A stretch of DNA of 64,000 nucleotides, from positions 1,919 to 65,918 of the forward strand of contig DAIQRI010000008.1 of the NCBI GenBank assembly GCA_036786355.1, in the 5' to 3' direction. The position numbers and the translations under genes were made by a program. Shown here one piece after another: positions 30,805 to 39,153 of this stretch; position 1 is the first letter of the stretch; every line of letters starts with the position of its first letter. This stretch comes from Cellulomonas sp. Its GTDB lineage: Bacteria > Actinomycetota > Actinomycetes > Actinomycetales > Cellulomonadaceae. The notes below the pieces were generated by a model. That model did no database searches, was not told the DNA's origin, and saw only the letters and a list, made by a program, of their open reading frames with translations.

Positions 30805-31890
30805 TCAGCGCGAGTCGCGCTCGGGGGTGTCGGGTGCGCCGATGGTGCCCTTGCGGCTCGACAGCAGGCGGCGGAAGCTCTCCACCCGGGCCGCCCGCGC
30901 GGAGCGGGTCTCGTCGTCGCCGCTCGCCTCGATCCACTCGTCGAGGCAGCAGTCCGGGGCGTCGTCGGCGTGCGTGCAGCCGCGCGGGCACGCCTCGGCG
31001 ACGCCCGCGAGGTCGCCGAACGGCGCGAGCAGGTGCTCGAGCAGGACGTGGGCGAGGCCGAACGAGCGCACGCCCGGCGTGTCGACGATCCAGCCCGGCG
31101 CCTCGCCGTCGACCGCGGCCATCCGCAGCGCGATGGCCGAGCTCGACGTGTGGCGCCCCCGGCCGGTGACGTCGTTGACGATGCCGACCGCGCGGAAGGC
31201 GTCCGGCACGAGGGCGTTGACCAGGGTGGACTTGCCGACCCCGGAGTGCCCGACGAGCACCGAGGTGCGCCCGGCGAGCGCGTGGCGCACGTCCTCGAGC
31301 GCCTCGAGCCGCCCGCCCTCCCCGCGCCGCGTCACGACGACCGCGACCCCGATCGGCGCGTACATCGCGATGAGCTCGGCCGGGTCTGCCAGGTCGGCCT
31401 TGGTCAGGCACAGCAGCACGTCCATGCCCGCGTCGTAGCCGGCCACCACGCAGCGGTCGATCATGCGGGTCCGGGGCTCCGGGTCGGCCAGCGCGGTGAC
31501 GATGACCAGCTGGTCGGCGTTGGCCACGATGATCCGTTCGATGGCGTCCGTGTCGTCCGCGGAGCGCCGCAGCACGGTCGAGCGTTCCTCGATGCGCACG
31601 ATCCGCGACAGGGTGCCGGGCTCGCCCGACACGTCCCCGACGACGTCGACCCGGTCGCCCGGCACGACCCGCTGGCGGCCCAGCTCGCGCGCCTTCATCG
31701 CGACCGCCCGGTGCTCGTCGGGCTCGCCCTCCGAGACGAGCAGCGTGTACCGGCCGCGGTCGACGCCGGTCACCATCGCGATGATCGCGTCGGTGTGCTC
31801 GGGTCGCTGCTTGGTCCGCGGGCGGGTGCCGCGCCGGTTGGGCCGGACCCGGATGTCGGACTCGTCGAGGTTGCGCCTGGCGGGGCTCAT
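30805..31890 (-). CDS. rsgA: Ribosome small-subunit-dependent GTPase A
   Basis: It is part of ORF 30805..32016(-), with the start at the ATG at 31890 (MSPARRNLDESDIRVRPNRRG). It has an OB-fold region, a circularly permuted GTPase domain (LTKADL...GHSGVGKSTLVNAL) and a C-terminal zinc-finger Cys/His cluster. Confidence 0.9.
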   Translation of the reverse strand: MSPARRNLDESDIRVRPNRRGTRPRTKQRPEHTDAIIAMVTGVDRGRYTLLVSEGEPDEHRAVAMKARELGRQRVVPGDRVDVVGDVSGEPGTLSRIVRIEERSTVLRRSADDTDAIERIIVANADQLVIVTALADPEPRTRMIDRCVVAGYDAGMDVLLCLTKADLADPAELIAMYAPIGVAVVVTRRGEGGRLEALEDVRHALAGRTSVLVGHSGVGKSTLVNALVPDAFRAVGIVNDVTGRGRHTSSSAIALRMAAVDGEAPGWIVDTPGVRSFGLAHVLLEHLLAPFGDLAGVAEACPRGCTHADDAPDCCLDEWIEASGDDETRSARAARVESFRRLLSSRKGTIGAPDTPERDSR

Positions 31891-31909
31891 CGGTTGCTCA
31901 TCGCCCGGC

Positions 31910-33247
31910 TCAGCCCAGCATCCGGTGCCACATGCCGACGAAGTCCGGCAGCGTCTTGGCCGTGGTGGCGACGTTCTCCACGAGCACGCCGGGCACGCGC
32001 AGGCCGAGCAGGGCACCGGCGGTGGCCATCCGGTGGTCGTGGTAGGTCCGCACGGTGCCGGCGTGCAGCGGTCGCGGGGTGATCACGAGCCCGTCGGAGG
32101 TCTGCTCGGCCTGCCCGCCGAGGCGGGTGATCTCCATCGCGAGCGCCGCGAGCCGGTCGGTCTCGTGGCCCCGCAGGTGCCCGATCCCGCGCAGCCGGGT
32201 CGGTGAGTCGGCCAGCGCGGCGAGCGCGGCGATGGTGGGCGCGAGCTCGCCGGCGGCGCGCAGGTCCAGATCGAGGCCGTGCACGACGCCGGTCCCGGTG
32301 ACCGCGAGCACGTCGCCGTCGAGCCGGGTGGTGGCGCCCATCCGTTCGAGGATCCCCGGCAGCAGCGCGCCCGGCTGGGTGGTGCTCGCCGGCCAGCCCG
32401 GGACGCGGACCGTGCCGCCCGCGACGAGAGCGGCCGCGAGGAACGCGCCCGCGTTGGACAGGTCCGGTTCGACCCGCACGTCCCGGGCGGCGATCGGGCC
32501 CGGGGCCACGCGCCAGATGGCGGGCCGCGAGTCGTCGACGACGACCCCGGCGTCCCGCATCACCTGCACGGTCATGTCGATGTGCGGCTTGCTGGGCAGC
32601 GTGGCGCCGGTGTGGCGCAGGGTGAGTCCCTGCTGGAAGCGCGCGGCGGCGAGCAGCAGACCCGAGACGAACTGGCTCGATGCCGAGGCGTCCACGTCGA
32701 TCGAGCCGCCGCGCACCGAACCACGTCCGGTCACCGTGAACGGCAGGTGACCGCCCACCCCGGTGTCGCGGATCGGCACCCCGGCCGCGCGCAGCGCGTT
32801 CAGGACCGGGCCCATCGGGCGTACCCGCGCGCCCGCGTCGCCGTCGAACAGCACGGCCCCGTCGGCCAGTGCGGCCACCGCGGGCAGGAAGCGCATCACG
32901 GTTCCGGCCAGGCCGCAGTCGATCGTGGCCGGGCCGCGCAGCCGGGCGGGCGTGATCAGCAGGTCGGGGTCCGCGCCCGGGGAGTCCTCGAGCCCGACGC
33001 CGAGCGTCCGCAGTGCCTGCGCCATCAGCAGGGTGTCCCGCGAGCGAAGCGCCCCGCGCAGCCGGCCCGGTCCGGTCGCCAGGGCGGCAAGCACGAGGTA
33101 GCGGTTGGTCAGGGACTTCGAGCCGGGTACCTCGACGGTCGCGTCGAGCGGCGAGGTGGCCCGCGGCGCGGCCCACGCAACGTCGGTGGGCGCGCTCGCG
33201 CGGGTTTCGGCGGCGACGGGTGCAGCCGCGTCGGAGGGCATGGTCAT
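31910..33247 (-). CDS. aroA: 3-phosphoshikimate 1-carboxyvinyltransferase (EPSP synthase)
   Basis: The 445-aa ORF carries [18 protein letters not shown] and other AroA blocks. Confidence 0.93.
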   Translation of the reverse strand: MTMPSDAAAPVAAETRASAPTDVAWAAPRATSPLDATVEVPGSKSLTNRYLVLAALATGPGRLRGALRSRDTLLMAQALRTLGVGLEDSPGADPDLLITPARLRGPATIDCGLAGTVMRFLPAVAALADGAVLFDGDAGARVRPMGPVLNALRAAGVPIRDTGVGGHLPFTVTGRGSVRGGSIDVDASASSQFVSGLLLAAARFQQGLTLRHTGATLPSKPHIDMTVQVMRDAGVVVDDSRPAIWRVAPGPIAARDVRVEPDLSNAGAFLAAALVAGGTVRVPGWPASTTQPGALLPGILERMGATTRLDGDVLAVTGTGVVHGLDLDLRAAGELAPTIAALAALADSPTRLRGIGHLRGHETDRLAALAMEITRLGGQAEQTSDGLVITPRPLHAGTVRTYHDHRMATAGALLGLRVPGVLVENVATTAKTLPDFVGMWHRMLG

Positions 33248-33256
33248 GCGCCCAGG

Positions 33257-33778
33257 TTACTGGGGCGTCACGGCGGCCTTCGCGTGGTGGACGGCGTCGG
33301 AGGTGCGCGCCGAGGCCAGCTGGCGTGCCTTCGACAGGCGCCAGGAGGCACCAGGGCGGCCCTCGAGGTCGACCCCGGCAATGAGCGCGGCACCCGTGAA
33401 CGCGAGGCTCCGCACCAGGCGGTCCCGGCGCTCGCGCCGCACCTCCGGCGACGGCTTCTCGCCCTTGACCATCGGCACGCTCGCCGCCGCGAGGGGCAAC
33501 GTCAGCGCCGCGAGCAGCAGCGCTGCGGTTCGCGGCGCCTTGCCGAACGCGAGCGCGAGTCCCGCCAGGGCGGTGGCCGCGCCATGGGCCTGCACGAAGA
33601 TCCGCAGCCGAGCGTCCGTCGGTCGCTCCAGGGCGTCCGTGCGGCTGACCAGGCCATCCACGGCCGGGCGCATGAAGGCGACGTGCGCGGCAGGGCTGCG
33701 CACGGCGTCGAGCCCCTCCGAGACGAACCAGGTGGACATCAGGGGTCGGGCGATCCGGCGGAGCAGCATGGTGGACAA
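33257..33778 (-). CDS. DoxX-family membrane protein
   Basis: The 173-aa ORF begins LLRRIARPLMSTWFVSEGLDAVRSP, followed by hydrophobic helices. This N-terminal pattern is seen in actinobacterial DoxX-family proteins. Confidence 0.55.
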   Translation of the reverse strand: MSTMLLRRIARPLMSTWFVSEGLDAVRSPAAHVAFMRPAVDGLVSRTDALERPTDARLRIFVQAHGAATALAGLALAFGKAPRTAALLLAALTLPLAAASVPMVKGEKPSPEVRRERRDRLVRSLAFTGAALIAGVDLEGRPGASWRLSKARQLASARTSDAVHHAKAAVTPQ

Positions 33779-33818
33779 GTCCCTCGGTTGGTTCCTCGAG
33801 CTTCGGGCGTGTGGGTCG

Positions 33819-34352
33819 CTACAGGGCGCCGCCGGCAGCGGCGGGTGCGTCGGTGGACGCTACGGCGTCGCCGATCTGCTCGCGGGCGACGTAGTTCTCC
33901 AGGTCGAACAGGTTCGTGCCGGCCCGCTGCGCGACCGTGAGCAGCGTGGTCGCGGAGGCGACCTCCTCGACCTGCTCCTTGAGGAACCACAGCAGGAACT
34001 GCTCGCCGAGCGGGTCACTCTCGCTGCGAGCCGCCTGGAAGAGGGCCTCGATCTGGCTCGTGACGTCCTTCTCCTGCGCGAGCGCGAGCGCGATGGGGGC
34101 GACGACGTCGTCGAAGTCGCTGACCACCGGGCCACCGGACGGGATGGCGACGGGCAGGGTCCGGTCGAGCATGTACTGGACGAACATCATGGCGTGGTTG
34201 CGCTCTTCGACGGCCTGCCGGTAGTAGTGCCGGGCGAGCTGGGGGAGGTCCTGGCCGTCGAACCACACCGCGATCGCGATGTACTGCTGGTGCGCGTCGA
34301 ACTCGTGCCCGACCTGCTCGCGGAGCAGCTGGAGAAATCTCGAATCAGTCAT
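33819..34352 (-). CDS. Ferritin (non-haem, BfrB-type)
   Basis: The 177-aa ORF has ferroxidase-centre-like residues in LLREQVGHEFDAHQQYIAIAVWF...QAVEERNHAMMFVQY...EQFLLWFLKEQVEE. Confidence 0.85.
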   Translation of the reverse strand: MTDSRFLQLLREQVGHEFDAHQQYIAIAVWFDGQDLPQLARHYYRQAVEERNHAMMFVQYMLDRTLPVAIPSGGPVVSDFDDVVAPIALALAQEKDVTSQIEALFQAARSESDPLGEQFLLWFLKEQVEEVASATTLLTVAQRAGTNLFDLENYVAREQIGDAVASTDAPAAAGGAL

Positions 34353-34378
34353 ACGGGGACGTTAGCGTGAACCCGCGG

Positions 34379-34404
34379 GGAATGGGTGCGGGGGTCGTTC
34401 GGTT
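34379..34404 (+). promoter_or_regulatory. SigR/SigH-type promoter (GGAAT-N18-GTT) upstream of sigH
   Basis: GGAAT lies at 34379-34383, followed by exactly 18 nt and then GTT at 34402-34404. The extended context GGGGAAT...GGTTG matches the published SigR/SigH consensus. Confidence 0.6.
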
Positions 34405-34542
34405 GTGACGAACATGAGCTGCGCCCTTGCCTCCCGGACGAACGTCGCGCCCGTCGCAGGTCTTGCGGCCGGACCGGCGGTGCTGACGCCACCCACCCCG
34501 TGGGGGATTCCGGACACAGGCACGGGGATAGGCTCGTCCGTG

Positions 34543-35163
34543 ATGACCGAGGACACGCACCGGGCCCCAGAGGCCGAGGAATCCGCCGCGCGCGTAGTGC
34601 GCTTCGAGACGGAGGCGCTGGTCTACCTGGACCAGCTGTACGCGGCTGCCCTGCGCATGACGCGCAACCCGTCGGACGCCGAGGACCTGGTGCAGGAGAC
34701 CTTCACCAAGGCCTTCGCCGCGTTCCACCAGTACCGGCCCGGCACGAACCTCAAGGCGTGGCTGTACCGGATCCTCACCAACACGTTCATCAACACCTAC
34801 CGCAAGAAGCAGCGCGAGCCGCTCCGCTCGGCGGCCGAGGACATCGAGGACTGGCAGATCGCGCGCGCCGCGTCGCACACGTCGTCGGGCCTGCGGTCGG
34901 CCGAGGCGGAGGCGCTCGATCACCTGCCGGACTCCGATGTGAAGGATGCCCTCCAGCAGATCCCCGAGGAGTTCCGGATCGCGGTGTACCTGGCCGACGT
35001 CGAGGGCTTCGCCTACAAGGAGATCGCCGAGATCATGGGCACCCCGATCGGCACGGTCATGTCGCGCCTGCATCGCGGGCGCCATCAGCTTCGAGATCTG
35101 TTGAGTGACTACGCGAGGGGGCGTGGACTGGTGGGCGCAGGCGAGAAGGAGAGCGGGTCGTGA
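34543..35163 (+). CDS. sigH: ECF sigma factor SigH/SigR (thiol-oxidative stress)
   Basis: It is in frame within ORF 34405..35163(+). From the ATG at 34543 the protein is nearly collinear with S. coelicolor SigR as I remember it ([27 protein letters not shown]...[24 protein letters not shown]...[41 protein letters not shown]). Confidence 0.9.
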   Translation: MTEDTHRAPEAEESAARVVRFETEALVYLDQLYAAALRMTRNPSDAEDLVQETFTKAFAAFHQYRPGTNLKAWLYRILTNTFINTYRKKQREPLRSAAEDIEDWQIARAASHTSSGLRSAEAEALDHLPDSDVKDALQQIPEEFRIAVYLADVEGFAYKEIAEIMGTPIGTVMSRLHRGRHQLRDLLSDYARGRGLVGAGEKESGS

Positions 35164-35441
35164 GCGCGGAAGAGTCGGGTATGCGTGCGGGGCGCGAAGG
35201 TGCGGTCCGGTGCCAAGAGGCCCTCGAGCGACTGTCGGAGTTCCTGGACTCGGAGCTGGACGAGGTCGACGGCGACCGGATCCGGGTACATCTCGCGGAC
35301 TGCGAGGGGTGCCTGTCGGAGTATGACGTCGAGGACCACATCAAGAAGCTCGTGAAGCGCTCGTGCAAGGAGCTGGCGCCGCCCGAGCTGCACCTGCGCA
35401 TCGCGTCACGGCTGATCCTGCTGCGCGGAGAACTGCCCTAG
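35160..35441 (+). CDS. rshA: Zinc-binding anti-sigma factor RshA/RsrA (ZAS family)
   Basis: The 93-aa ORF has the HxxxCxxC motif (HLADCEGC) plus an upstream Cys. Its GTG start overlaps the sigH stop as GTGA. Confidence 0.9.
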   Translation: MSAEESGMRAGREGAVRCQEALERLSEFLDSELDEVDGDRIRVHLADCEGCLSEYDVEDHIKKLVKRSCKELAPPELHLRIASRLILLRGELP

Positions 35442-35478
35442 CCTGGCGCTCGGTAGGTCGACGTGGCGCCAGATGCGT

Positions 35479-35507
35479 CGAGCCCGGTGCGAATCGCACC
35501 GGGCTCG
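35479..35507. terminator. Bidirectional hairpin between the convergent rshA and bL37-like genes
   Basis: CGAGCCCGGTGCG (35479-35491) is the exact reverse complement of CGCACCGGGCTCG (35495-35507). The loop is AAT. Confidence 0.55.
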
Positions 35508-35521
35508 TGGCATTACGTGGC

Positions 35522-35596
35522 TCAGGAGTTGGGCCGCTTGCCATGGTTCGCACTGCTGGACTTACGGGCCCTCTTCTTGCGTGAGCGCTTGCTCAT
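35522..35596 (-). CDS. 24-aa basic peptide resembling actinobacterial ribosomal protein bL37
   Basis: The ORF track does not list it because it is too short. The reverse strand reads ATG AGC AAG CGC ... TCC TGA, giving MSKRSRKKRARKSSSANHGKRPNS. A GAGGAG Shine-Dalgarno sequence lies 6 nt upstream. The ANHGKRPN C-terminus matches my memory of bL37. Confidence 0.7.
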   Translation of the reverse strand: MSKRSRKKRARKSSSANHGKRPNS

Positions 35597-35691
35597 GATG
35601 TCTCCTCTACCGTTCGCCGGTGCCCGCGTGGGCTCGGCGGTGCTTCGCAGTTCGCCCCAGGATCCCACATCCGCCAGGAGCGCTCGTACGG

Positions 35692-36837
35692 ATGCGGTTG
35701 CGGGGTGGAAGTACTAAGTCCTCGACCCCGGACGCCGATGAGTCAGGGGTGAGTGAGCCTCCGCTTTCTGTCATCCCGTTCCTGCACGCGCTGGCGAGCA
35801 CCGGCGGGTCGGATCTGCACGTCAAGGTCGGCTCCGCGCCGCGCGTGCGGGTCGATGGCCGGCTGCGCAAGCTCCAGGTGCGGGATCTGCGCCCCGCGGA
35901 CACCGAGTTCATGGTCGGCGAGGTGCTCCCGGATGACATGGCCACCGGGTTCCGGGTGACGCACGAGGCGGACTTCGCGTTCTCCCTGTCGGGGGTCGGG
36001 CGCTTCCGGGTGAACGCGTATCAGGCGCGCGGCACGAACGGCATGGTCTTCCGGCGGGTCGCGGTGGGCGCGCAGTCCCTCGTCGAGCTCGGGGTGCCCG
36101 AGGTGGTGGGCGAGCTCGCGCTCGAACCCCGCGGGCTGGTGCTGGTCACGGGCCCGACCGGTTCGGGCAAGACGACGACGCTCGCCTCGATGGTCGACCT
36201 GATCAACACCTACCGCGAGGTCAACATCGTGACGATCGAGGACCCGATCGAGGTCCTGCACTACGACAAGAAGGCGATCGTCTCCCAGCGCGAGATCCGG
36301 CAGGACACCGCCGACTTCACGACCGCGCTGCGGGCCGCGATGCGCCAGGACCCGGACGTGATCCTGATCGGTGAGATGCGTGACACCGAGACGGTCCGGG
36401 CCGCGCTCTCGGCCGCCGAGACCGGCCACCTCGTCCTGTCCACGCTGCACACGATCGACGCGGCGGAGACCATCAACCGGATCGTCGACTTCTTCCCCCC
36501 GTACGAGCAGAAGCAGGTCCGCGTCGCGCTCGCCCAGGCGCTGCGCGGCATCGTCTCCCAGCGCCTGGCGCGCAAGGCGGACGGGACCGGGCGGCAGGCT
36601 GCGGTCGAGGTCATGGTGAACACGGGCCGGACGGCGGAGGCGATCCTCTCCCCGGCGGACGCGCCGCCCATGCACGACCTGATCCGGGACGGCGGGTACT
36701 ACAAGATGCAGACGTTCGACCAGCATCTCTTCGAGCTGATCCGCGAGGGCATCGTCACCTACGTCGAGGCCTGCACGATCGCGAGCAACCCCCAGGACCT
36801 GACGGTCGAGCTCAGGGCCGCCGGCATAGTCGCGTAG
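35692..36837 (+). CDS. pilT: PilT-family type IV pilus retraction ATPase
   Basis: It is in frame within ORF 35620..36837(+), with a likely start at the ATG at 35692. It has Walker A (GPTGSGKTTTL), an Asp box, Walker B (DPDVILIGEMRD), a His box (TGHLVLSTLHT) and the PilT-type motif AETINRIVDFFP. Confidence 0.85.
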   Translation: MRLRGGSTKSSTPDADESGVSEPPLSVIPFLHALASTGGSDLHVKVGSAPRVRVDGRLRKLQVRDLRPADTEFMVGEVLPDDMATGFRVTHEADFAFSLSGVGRFRVNAYQARGTNGMVFRRVAVGAQSLVELGVPEVVGELALEPRGLVLVTGPTGSGKTTTLASMVDLINTYREVNIVTIEDPIEVLHYDKKAIVSQREIRQDTADFTTALRAAMRQDPDVILIGEMRDTETVRAALSAAETGHLVLSTLHTIDAAETINRIVDFFPPYEQKQVRVALAQALRGIVSQRLARKADGTGRQAAVEVMVNTGRTAEAILSPADAPPMHDLIRDGGYYKMQTFDQHLFELIREGIVTYVEACTIASNPQDLTVELRAAGIVA

Positions 36838-36861
36838 CCCGAGGGGGTTGCGTTTGCCGGA

Positions 36862-36901
36862 TCTCGAGATATAACGTGTCTATACGCGATATATCTCGAG
36901 A
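36862..36901. promoter_or_regulatory. AT-rich inverted repeat (11-bp arms, 18-bp spacer) directly upstream of the DUF4097-PadR operon; candidate PadR operator
   Basis: TCTCGAGATAT (36862-36872) is the exact reverse complement of ATATCTCGAGA (36891-36901). The repeat ends at the AAGGAG ribosome-binding site of the gene that starts at 36915. Confidence 0.45.
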
Positions 36902-36914
36902 AGGAGTGACCAGC

Positions 36915-37769
36915 ATGAGCGCCGAGTCCTGGGTCGTCACAGGTCCGCAGATCATCGAGATCGAGGAGGTCGACGCCCTGCGCGTCGGTCTGGTTCGGGG
37001 ACGTGTCGACGTGGTCACCCGTGACGAGCCGGGTGCCCGGATCGAGGTGCACGCGGTCGACGGGCGCCCGCTGGAGGTCAGCCTGTCCGACGGCGAGCTG
37101 CGGGTGGGCTACACCTTCACCCTGGGCGGCTGGGAGAACTTCCTGGACACCTTCCGCAACTTCCGCGACCGGGACACCGCCGACGTGCACATCGCCGTCC
37201 CGCGGCACGTCGCCGTGCGCCTCGGCACGGTGAGTGCCGAGGGCCTGCTGGCCGGCGTGCTCCGGGGCGCGTCGGTCTCGACCGTGTCCGGCTCGGTCGT
37301 CACGGACGGCACCGGCGGCGCGCTCGTCGCCAGCACGGTCTCGGGCGAGATCGCGGTCCGCGACCACACCGGTGACCTGCGGATGAACTCGGTCTCGGGG
37401 GAGCTCACGGCGTCCGGCGCGCTCGCGCGGGTCGCGGTGAACGCCGTCTCCGGACCGGTCACGCTCGATGTGTCCTCCGAGTCGGCCTCGATCGCGGCGA
37501 CGACCGTGGCCGGGGACGTGACCGTCCGGCTGCCGGCCGGGCGCGGGGTCAACGTCTCGGCGCGCAGCGTCTCCGGACGCGTCGTCGTGGACGGTCATGA
37601 GCACAAGGGCACGACGCCCGGGCAGAAGAAGGTCGACGTGCAGACCGGCGACGGCTCGTGCCTGATCTCGGTGAAGACCGTCTCGGGGCACCTGACCGTG
37701 CTTCGCGGCGCCGTCGCGCGTGCGGGCAACCCCTCCGCGACCGGCGCCGGGGCCGACGGGGTGGCCTGA
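36915..37769 (+). CDS. DUF4097-family beta-repeat protein (putative adhesin-like)
   Basis: It is in frame within ORF 36876..37769(+), with the ATG at 36915 after AAGGAG. It contains repetitive V-S-G-x-V/I beta-strand repeats (TVSGSVVTDG, TVSGEIAVRD, SVSGELTASG, AVSGPVTLDV, SVSGRVVVDG). Confidence 0.7.
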   Translation: MSAESWVVTGPQIIEIEEVDALRVGLVRGRVDVVTRDEPGARIEVHAVDGRPLEVSLSDGELRVGYTFTLGGWENFLDTFRNFRDRDTADVHIAVPRHVAVRLGTVSAEGLLAGVLRGASVSTVSGSVVTDGTGGALVASTVSGEIAVRDHTGDLRMNSVSGELTASGALARVAVNAVSGPVTLDVSSESASIAATTVAGDVTVRLPAGRGVNVSARSVSGRVVVDGHEHKGTTPGQKKVDVQTGDGSCLISVKTVSGHLTVLRGAVARAGNPSATGAGADGVA

Positions 37770-38380
37770 TGGCACCGGTCTTCGCGCACGGCCAGCTGCG
37801 GCTGTATCTCCTGTCGCTCCTCGAGTCCGGCCCCAAGCTGGGGTACGAGCTCATCACCGCGCTCTCGGACCGGTTCGGCGGCACGTACCGGCCGAGCCCC
37901 GGCACGGTGTACCCCCGGCTCGCCCGGCTCGAGGAGGAGGGACTGGTCAGCCGCTCCGAGGAGCGCAAGGGCGCCTACTCGCTCACCGACGCCGGACGCC
38001 GGGAGGTGGCGGCCCGCAGTGCGGACCTCGCCGCGCTCGAGGAGGGCCTCGCGGAGACGGTGCGCGAGCTGGCGGGCCGGGTGCGCGACGACGTGCGCGA
38101 CTCGATGGCCGGGCTGCGCGCCGAGCTGGCCGCGGACGCCCAGGAGGCGCGGGCCGCGGCCGTCCCGTCGGTCGAGGACACCGAGTATCACGGCGAGACG
38201 TGGACCGCGTCGCACGTGCGGCGGATCGACGCCGAGGCGATGGTGCAGCGGTTCCGCGACGAGGTGCGCGCCGACCTGCGCCAGTCCGATGCGCGCGGAC
38301 GGATCGACCAGCTCACGGTCGAGACGATCCGCACGGTGCTGGACAGCGCCCTCACCGCGGTGCGGGCGACGCTGCGCTGA
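37769..38380 (+). CDS. PadR-family transcriptional regulator
   Basis: The start at ATG 37769 overlaps the upstream TGA by 1 nt. The winged-HTH reads LRLYLLSLLESGPKLGYELITALSDRFGGTYRPSPGTVYPRLARLEEEGLV. Confidence 0.85.
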   Translation: MAPVFAHGQLRLYLLSLLESGPKLGYELITALSDRFGGTYRPSPGTVYPRLARLEEEGLVSRSEERKGAYSLTDAGRREVAARSADLAALEEGLAETVRELAGRVRDDVRDSMAGLRAELAADAQEARAAAVPSVEDTEYHGETWTASHVRRIDAEAMVQRFRDEVRADLRQSDARGRIDQLTVETIRTVLDSALTAVRATLR

Positions 38381-38397
38381 GCGGCAGCCCGGCCGCG

Positions 38398-39006
38398 TCA
38401 GGCGGCGTCGTCGGGCAGGCCGAGCCATTCGTGCCAGCCGGTGTGCAGGACGAGCCACGCCATCATCCCGTAGCCCGCCTGGCCGGGCAGCATGCCGTCG
38501 CCGGCCGCGAGGTCGCCGAGCCACTGCTCGTGCATGGCGAGCGGGGAGCACATCTCGACGTAGGGCACCTGGCGCCGGGTCGCGACGTCGTTGTAGGCGT
38601 TGGAGAGCTCGGTGAGCTGGGCCCCGTCCTCGGCACGCCCGGGCGGCGGGCCGACGACGAACGTCGGCACGTGCCGTGACTCGGCCACGTCGAGGATGTT
38701 CGCGAGGTTGAGCCGGCTCCGCGCGAGCGAGAGGCCCGCGTCGAGATCGGCGCGACCCAGGGCCACGATCAGCCGGTTGTCGGCGTCGGGGGAGAACCTG
38801 CGTGCTGTCTCCTCGTCCCAGCGGGCCGCGAGACCGGAGCTCGGCTCGCCCGGCACGGCGAGGGTCAGCACCATCGGCGCGGGCTTCGCGTGCGTACGCG
38901 CGGCCACCCGCCCGACCCAGCCAAGCCCCTTCGGGTCGCCCGCACCGGCCGCCAGCTCGTCGCCGATCACCGCAAGACGAAGCGGCAGCTCGCCCACACC
39001 TCTCAC
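38398..39006 (-). CDS. SGNH/GDSL-like hydrolase family protein
   Basis: The 202-aa ORF has the N-terminal block LAVIGDELAAGAGDP in the position of the GDS(L) motif. The rest looks SGNH-like. Confidence 0.55.
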   Translation of the reverse strand: MRGVGELPLRLAVIGDELAAGAGDPKGLGWVGRVAARTHAKPAPMVLTLAVPGEPSSGLAARWDEETARRFSPDADNRLIVALGRADLDAGLSLARSRLNLANILDVAESRHVPTFVVGPPPGRAEDGAQLTELSNAYNDVATRRQVPYVEMCSPLAMHEQWLGDLAAGDGMLPGQAGYGMMAWLVLHTGWHEWLGLPDDAA

Positions 39007-39124
39007 CCCAGTCCTCCTAGCCCGTCGGCGCGCCGCAACAAGGGGCGCCCGCCCCCATTCTCCCGTGCGACCGCGCTACGACCGAACCGACGCGCGCGCA
39101 CGCGGGCCCCCGATGGCCCCCAAC

Positions 39125-39141
39125 ACCCCCGTTACGGGGGT
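39125..39141 (-). terminator. Short GC hairpin just downstream of the kgd stop
   Basis: ACCCCCG (39125-39131) pairs with CGGGGGT (39135-39141) around a 3-nt loop. There is no U-tract. Confidence 0.3.
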
Positions 39142-39153
39142 TCCACCGTCCGT

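Noticed and set aside
34353-34378. IdeR/iron box upstream of the ferritin gene
   Set aside because: The segment GGTTCACGCTAACGT only loosely resembles the TTAGGTTAGGCTAACCTAA consensus. The register is off by one base and there are several mismatches, so I cannot support it.
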